A DNA stretch of 57,771 bases, counting the filler, from Sluysia triapertura (Eukaryota): assembly GCA_046118255.1 (NCBI GenBank). It is 4 parts of 4 records of this genome, joined end to end, with 100 filler letters (N's around TTAATTAATTAA, not from the genome) between each part and the next. Parts side by side here need not be neighbours in the genome. Positions count along the whole stretch, not along the records: positions 46,368 to 57,771 come from JBJNIA010185112.1; 3 more parts are not named here. One strand, 5' to 3'. The notes under the pieces were generated by a model, which was not told where the DNA came from, did no database searches, and was given only the letters and a program-made list of their open reading frames with translations. How positions within the stretch are numbered: position 1 is the stretch's first letter; every line of letters starts with the position of its first letter. A program made the translations under genes and the position numbers. Shown here piece after piece: positions 50,801-57,771 of this stretch.

Positions 50801-53557
50801 CCTGCCATTTTATCCTTTTTATTATTCTTCTTATTGTTCTTGGTCGTTTAATAATTTCAAGTGATTTAATCCTTAAACCGCTTCTATTTTCCTTATCAGT
50901 TCTTAAATATTGATATTAAATCTGAAAATCTAACTATTCTAATGAACGTAATATGATCTCAACACTTTAAAACTTACGATACTCTAATAAATTTAATTTA
51001 AACTTAATTCAAAGATAAATTCACAGTTAAACTTAATGTTTCTAATGAAAACTCGAATTCAAACTTAAATAATTTTAATTCAACTTATTCAAAACTTAAT
51101 CGAACCTATAAATGTCTTACTTCAAAACAAATCAAATGTTACTTAAAAACTTTATGTTATCAATTGTCGCAATTAGGGCGCCAAATAAGTGTTGTGTTTT
51201 ATATCAACTTAAACTAACAATTATAAAATTATCTTTACGGGTCCGCCTGTAATCCTATGGTTTATATCCCTACGGAAGACACAGTTACAAGTTTTTTCAG
51301 TCAATTAATTACGAAAATAATCCCTAAAAACCGTTTCGAAATATATTGTTTCTACAATTAATACAAATGAGGGTCCTTGATATTACAAGTTAAAATTCTC
51401 AATTAACGTATTTTGCTCTTTATAAATATAATTTTTTTAAAGTCGTTTAAACCCATTAACAATCAATAGAATCGTAAATGTCTCGAAATTTTAATTTTTT
51501 CAAATAACTAAGAGAATTACTTTAAATTTCTTAAAATCTTGTAATGATTAATAAACTTTCTTTGATTTTCTTTAAATTATTTATAAATTCTCTTAATCTC
51601 ACTTTGATCAATTAATTCTTAAACTTTTAAAATTAAGCAAATTAAATTGTTAACTTATTATCTAAATAACGAATTAAAAGAAACACAGATACGCGTAGAT
51701 TTATTAAATTTATTGATTTATATAGAAAAAATATAATAATATAGACAAACAATTCAAAATTAAAATTAAGGATATACTCCTTAGTTAAACAATATTATTT
51801 TAAAAAATAAGTTGAGACAAGATAAATTCTGAGCTTTTTTTAAAATAGATGATAGTTTACGTTTAATTTAATGCTAAGCAAAGCAAAGCAAAAAACTTTA
51901 AAGTTATTAACTTACGATGACATTAATCTTCATATCAGAGAAAAACAATTCCAATTGTTATGTCCGAAAAGATATAATATGCGAATTTCCATCAAATATT
52001 TGTCATTTAAATCTCTAACACCACTAACGAATTATCTTGTACAAAAATTAATAACTCCTTTTTCGTAGTTCTAAATTTCTTTTTGTTGTGTGTGAATTTT
52101 ATGGCAATTTTCTATTTATATACCTAGATGTTGGCATCGTAAACTTTGCGAGAATAATTTTACATTATAAAATATTTTTATTTGTTTTTTACAACTGCAA
52201 AAATAATTTTATTTATCGTTTTTATATCATCGTAAATCCGCAAATATAAACTAAATATTTTGTGTAATAAAATAATTATGTATATTTAAAGTTCTTTAGA
52301 ATTTTTTAATAATTTAATATTTATAATTCTTTTTGATATTTTTTGGTTTAAAATATTAAATATTTTACAAATATTACAATAATTATTACAAATAATTATA
52401 AATATTACAATTAATTAAATTTACTAAAATCAAATTTAATCAATTAAAATTAAAAATTGTCTTTTTAGAATTAATTTCAAAATATACTGAATTTAACAAT
52501 ATAATTAAACAAAAACATAAATAAACATTACCATCCAAAGTTGTTTGCCTTAAATGGCTTTCGGTTATTTTCTCTTTAATTTAATTAACTTTTGTATTAG
52601 TAAAGTTGAAAACAGCTTTAAAATAATTAATATTTTACACAAAATTCTAATTTAGTTTGATGGTGACAAACCTTTCTGACCTAGTAATATTTTGTGCCTG
52701 CTGTAATTTATAATCCAATTTAAAACCACTTAAAACTTTAATTTGTAATGTTTATTTGGAAGTTTACGCTTATGGTGATGTTGATTAAAATGTACATTTG
52801 TACAATAAATCGTATATAATAAAAATTTGTTTCGTAAAAGAACAAATATAAATATTTCCTTATTGTTTAATTCACAATCCATCAACAAAGATTGTCTTCA
52901 TTTCATAATCAGTGAAAGTATGGCATTCGTTTACGTCAGGAATTAATTGATTAAATTATTTCAGAATATTTAAAGGATTAATAGATTCAAAGCAGCAAAA
53001 CTTTTTCAAAATTTATCAAAACAAGTAGTACATATTGTAGTAGGTTTATTCCAAATAATAGTAATAGTGGCTTTGGCATTAGTAACGTTAAAAGTGATAT
53101 GATTGGATTATCTAATTTTTCGTTTTATCAATCGATAAAATGAAGTAGTTTCGTAGGAGAGAAAGGATTTGAGATGAAAGGTGCTATGCAATAATAAGTA
53201 ATGGGATAAGTTTCGTTATATGTTTGTGACATGTTTTTGATGCAATAAATTATCGGCGAAGGGCTGGGCCACCACACCTTGACTAAAAATCTTGTGTACA
53301 AGTCCTTATGTGTATAAGAATTGGATCGAAGAAGAACTCATTTAAGATAGTAGCAGATTAATCATATTAAAGTAAAGCCAAACCATGATTAATATTAACA
53401 AAGTTACAAAATGAAGTCGCAGTACTTCCCTTGTACAAAGCTAAACTTTTTTAAGATGTATTTGTAAAACCTGCTTACAAAATATGAATAAATTTTATAA
53501 AATTTAATAATTTTTTATTTCCTTTATTTAAATTAATCAATTCTTATTTATCTATAG

Positions 53558-53851
53558 GTAGTGATATTCGTCGTATACAGTTATCTATTTACTGAAATTT
53601 TTACTCAACAAATTCTTGCTACTGATACAATAAATTCTCGCCGATTCAATTTTCAAACATATTTTCCAATATTAACAATTCTTAAATATTTTTTGTATAT
53701 GGGCTGGTTTCAAATTGGTCTGTGTCTTATGTATCCATTCGCCGGAAATAATGTGGATATGCCGCTTAATGATATACTCGATTTCAATATTTCTGTTGCA
53801 ACCGTTGGGTGTAGAACAACACCTGATATATTTCCGCCTTCACTTCGATAA
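53558..53851 (+). CDS. Bestrophin-family exon (TM3-TM4 region), divergent, possibly pseudogenic
   Basis: TATAG| acceptor, then VVIFVVYSY..QQIL..YFPILTILKYFLYMGWFQIGLCLMYPF..N.ILDFNISV. Compare bestrophin Q|VVTxAVYSF..RQFL..P.FT.LQFFFY.GWLKVAE.L.NPF..N.IIDRNLQV. Confidence 0.85.
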   Translation, partial: VVIFVVYSYLFTEIFTQQILATDTINSRRFNFQTYFPILTILKYFLYMGWFQIGLCLMYPFAGNNVDMPLNDILDFNISVATVGCRTTPDIFPPSLR

Positions 53852-55193
53852 TCGGCAGGTACTCCGAAAGAATAAATATCAAAATTAATTAAAGAAGTAG
53901 TCGACATTGCACTTCAAATACTAACGGAATGTTAATCAGGTGATGAAGCAAAAAAGAATGAAAAAGATTCAAAAACCAAAGTACCAGATGAAGAAGTTCC
54001 ATTACATGTCGTTACTACTTAATAACATCGATATAATATTAGTTAACGCTTATTTTAATTTATGTGCTTAAATCTGATTTTCATTCTACAATTTTGTAAT
54101 TTACCTAAGTATACCTGAGGCACCAAAAAATTATTTTTGAGTGTCGTAATTAACATTAAATTACGTACTTTATTGTTAACAATGTCCGCCACATTTTAAT
54201 CAACGTATCTTATTAAATTTTGTATTGCGTAATTATTATTACTATTATTTTATTGTGTAATAGAAATAATAATAATAATAATAATTATTATTTTTGTAGT
54301 CAAGTATGTCCACTACATTTTAACCAACGTATTTTATGAAATTTATCATACTTTTGTTGGTTCATTCTGTGTATAAAAATTGATTTATATATTAATTTTG
54401 TTTAATTTGTGTTAATAAAATAAATGAATATTATTTTTATATATATTTTTTGAATTTAAATAAATTAATTTCAAATTAAGCTCAAATTAAAAACAACTTT
54501 AAACACAACAAAATATTTTACATTTTTATCTTAAATTTAATTTTATCATTTGTGTGTTAATTAAAATCAAATTAAAATCAAATTAAACATTACTAGTATT
54601 ATTAAATTTGAATTATCTCTTATTTAAAACACCGCCGAGTATATTAGTGCCTTAATTTGATGTGGTTGTTCAGGAACTGCTAATACATTTTAGTAGTGAG
54701 AAGAAGTTGTAAAAGTCAATGAAATAAAGGGTAGGATGTAAATAATATAAAATGATGAAATTTGTAATAAATAAATAATAATAAGATTAATCGTATTAAT
54801 AATAGTAATAATAATAATATGAAATCTTGATCAATATTTATTTAGTAAATGTGCTATATTATATTTATAATTTAAAATTACATTGGTTAAGAGAAAACGA
54901 CAATTTCAAATTTAATTAATGTCAAATATTGTCAAGTTTTATGCACATTGTGAAAACTAAATATTAAAGTTTATTATTTTTTTCAGTATTAAATTGTTTG
55001 TAAATGTATTAAACTAGTACATTTATTGTACAACATGCAAAATTTTTAAGCTTAAAAATATTGAAATATTTGTTTTCAACGGTTTAAAAAGGTTTACAGA
55101 TTTTTAATTCTAACTTAGTTTACATTATTAATATAGATTAATGAAAAACCATGCTTTTTCATGTGTAAATGTAACAATATTTGCATTTTGATA

Positions 55194-55206
55194 CTATTAT
55201 TATTAC

Positions 55207-55244
<38 letters not shown>

Positions 55245-55253
55245 TATTATTAT
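55194..55253. repeat. (TAT)n microsatellite, imperfect
   Basis: Directly visible. Confidence 0.9.
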
Positions 55254-56029
55254 TTCAGTAATTATAGTTTATAAATGAATATGACGACATTATAACATGC
55301 ATTAATACATAATTATAAACTGTTTTATCGTTTTGATGTACTGGCAGTTGTGTTAGTGTTCGTTGACTTAAACTTTGTTGTTGCTGAAATAAAAAAACAT
55401 AATAATTTAAATTTTTGGATAAATATTTAATATATAGAAAATATAGTAATTACATTTATGTAATATTTAAATGAAAAATTATTTATATTAGCCATAATAA
55501 AATAATTCGTCAGAAAATATTTATGCAAATTATATTTTTGTAAATATTTGATAATTATTATAGTAAAATTAATAATTTTCAGTTGTAATTATTAAAGCGT
55601 TTATTACTTATCATTTTTATTGACTATTTAGTTGTAAAATTGTAAAACTTTGTACTTTTCTCTTTTGAAATGTTACATCTCTTTTTACATCATTTTCTTG
55701 TTCTATAAACTAAAAACATTGGCACAAAAATCACGTCACTACGTTGTAATTATTGCAACTACATGCTGATCTGTTTTAAAATTAAGCATACTGAATATTA
55801 TGATTAAAATTAATATTTTTTTCTGAATATTAATGGAAAAACAAATAATTTACTATTTCAGAAAGCAGGTTCCATCTAATTTAAGTAAAAATGCAAAAAA
55901 ATCAAATAATTTGTTTATTAACTAAAATAAAAGAAATTATTTAAAACAATTGCTTCTGTTTAATGTATTTAACAAAAAAATAACTATTAGATGGTTAAAA
56001 AAGATTCTAGCAGTTACATATTATTTTTA

Positions 56030-56226
56030 TTAAATTTTACAAAAAATAATAAAACAGTAACCCTTTCTTTTATTTTTCTTGTCTTGCTTTTTATGGCTTA
56101 TTGGTTTTCTTTCCTTGTCACGCTGTAAAACTGCATTTTTACAGCTTTTGCAGCACGTATAACGATAAAGATATTTTCGACATAATTTAAAACGAGGTTG
56201 GCATGTTTCTAATAAATCTACACAAC
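56030..56226 (-). CDS. Terminal exon with a PLAC domain (ADAMTS/papilin-type C-terminus) and basic tail
   Basis: TTTTAG| acceptor, then CVDLLETCQPRFKLCRKYLYRYTCCKSC (CxD-C-LC-Y-CCxSC pattern), open to TAA at 56030-56032. Confidence 0.75.
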
Positions 56227-56346
56227 CTAAAAATAAATTTGATTAATTTTTGCATAAGATAATCACAATGTTACTCAGGTGTTTCAAATTTAATACTGAA
56301 ATTGTTGGGGTGCCGTTTGGTAAAATTGACTATAATAAAATAAAAT

Positions 56347-56445
56347 TATTAGACGGGGCTGATAGCTCAGTGGCAAAGCATCGAACTGCGCAGCGAGAGG
56401 TCCCGATTTAATAATAATATGAACCCGGTCAGTCCATAATATGAA
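56347..56445 (+). mobile_element. tRNA-derived element (copy 4) with disrupted T-loop and no right terminus
   Basis: TATTAGAC-GGGGCTGATAGCTCAGTGGCAAAGCATCGAACTGCGCAGCGAGAGGTCCCG-[AT-rich]-CCCGGTCAGTCCA. Confidence 0.85.
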
Positions 56446-57771
56446 ACTCCTTGAAAACCAAAGAGATTATTTTTAAAATTTAATAAAATTTCAACAGAGT
56501 GACCAGTAATATTAATACACTATTCAGGGTGTTTATGAAAAAAGGATAACATTTCAAATCATTTCACCATTTATTTATCTTTGGAGTGTCTTGGAGTTTC
56601 TGCTTAATTATAATTTTAAAAACGAACCTTTTATTGTTATTACTCAATATGTATTCATTTTAATATGTGCAACTATCTTGTTATACTTACTGAAATGTCC
56701 TTTGTAGGCGTGGGAATAAAAATAAAATATTAAGTTACTTAAAATACATTAACAAAATTAGTTAATCATCAGTTAATTCAATGTGAACAAAATTAGATAA
56801 TTATATTTTATTTTATCAGTGTAAAAATTGAAAAATGTTACTTTTAAAAAATGTGTTAATAATTTTAAATTTAATTAATTAAGTGGAAATAATAATCTGC
56901 TACATTATCAGTTTATATAAAAATATAAAAATTTTAATATGACATACAAAAAGATTTGGGTTTTTATAAATTTTTAATGAACGATTTTAGTCAAATAGTT
57001 TTAAAGAATTATTTTGTAGTCGAAAAAATCGGTTGACTTAAACCCAGATGAAGGAATATTTTGATGATCAATAATTCAAAATGAGTTTTTTAAATTTGTA
57101 GAAATTGTGTACAAGGATATCCATATCGAGCTGTTTTGAGTTATTAAACTTTATTCATTATTCATTATTCCAGATTCATTAAAAGAAGATATAAAATCTT
57201 TAAGTAAAATTTATTTAATTTTGATCTAGCTTAAGCGAGATATAAAATCTAACTAAAATTAGTGTTAAAAAACACTATGACCTTCTAATGTTATAAGATA
57301 TTATTATTATATGAATATTATTGTAAGGCGTCTTATTTTCTATGAATATAAATTTGTAATTTATTACTTTATTTTTGAGATAGTTAGTGGTTCGAAAAGG
57401 TTCAAAGCTTATAAATATAAATAAAATAAAATAAATAAATAGATCACTGCATAATAATAATTAAAATCGATTAAAGATAATAATCAATAAAACTGGTAAA
57501 AAATGAAATTTTAAATAACGATCATTTTAAATTTATGATATAATTTAAAATAACTAGACACTGTGATAGATCAATTATCTAATTAACAATTTCTGCGATG
57601 TTAAGTTGTGGTTTAACCAACTTAAACCGTAGGCGAACCCTTCATGCTAATGTTGCAAGCTTAAGGAAAGTATAAATAACTATCAAAATCATGTGGCAGG
57701 ACTGGGTCTAAAAATTTAATTAATAATAAAAATTGTATTAAAAATTAATTTAATAATAAAAAGTAATAATA

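Noticed and set aside
51150-51200. Gag CCHC zinc knuckle
   Set aside because: Needs several indels, the His is absent, and no LTR or pol is nearby.
53230-53340. Trypsin-like protease C-terminus (GEG..YKNWI)
   Set aside because: Only two short motifs in different frames; no catalytic motifs.
54171-54345. ~50-bp imperfect direct repeat (ATGTCC.C.ACATTTTAA.CAACGTA)
   Set aside because: A local duplication with no further structure.

Overview
Very AT-rich animal genomic DNA, not prokaryotic. It carries DEG/ENaC, bestrophin, ANP32 and PLAC-domain exons with 32-48 nt GT-AG introns, a style that suggests a compact-genome invertebrate such as an orthonectid (inference only). Three identical 100-nt spacers (44N-TTAATTAATTAA-44N at 13322, 32546, 46268) show that the window is four artificially joined contigs. 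Host genes: a complete ANP32-family gene, two DEG/ENaC exons, a divergent bestrophin exon, a TDP1 exon, a PLAC exon, a CCCH zinc-finger gene, a coiled-coil exon and an RRM pseudogene. Most other recognisable sequence is decayed mobile DNA: two Tigger/pogo relics, a NeSL-like non-LTR relic (Ulp1 + RT + RLE), a hAT MITE, dispersed repeats and microsatellites. Two items stand out. (1) A frameshifted minus-strand fossil at ~5020-7460, almost invisible in the ORF track, which reads as a parvovirus-NS1-like SF3 helicase followed by Polinton/adintovirus-like minor capsid, core and major capsid genes. (2) A ~97-bp four-copy element in which a tRNA-like Pol III core is enclosed by TGTTAGAC...GTCTAACA inverted termini. 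All protein-family calls are by-eye motif matches; no database search was run.
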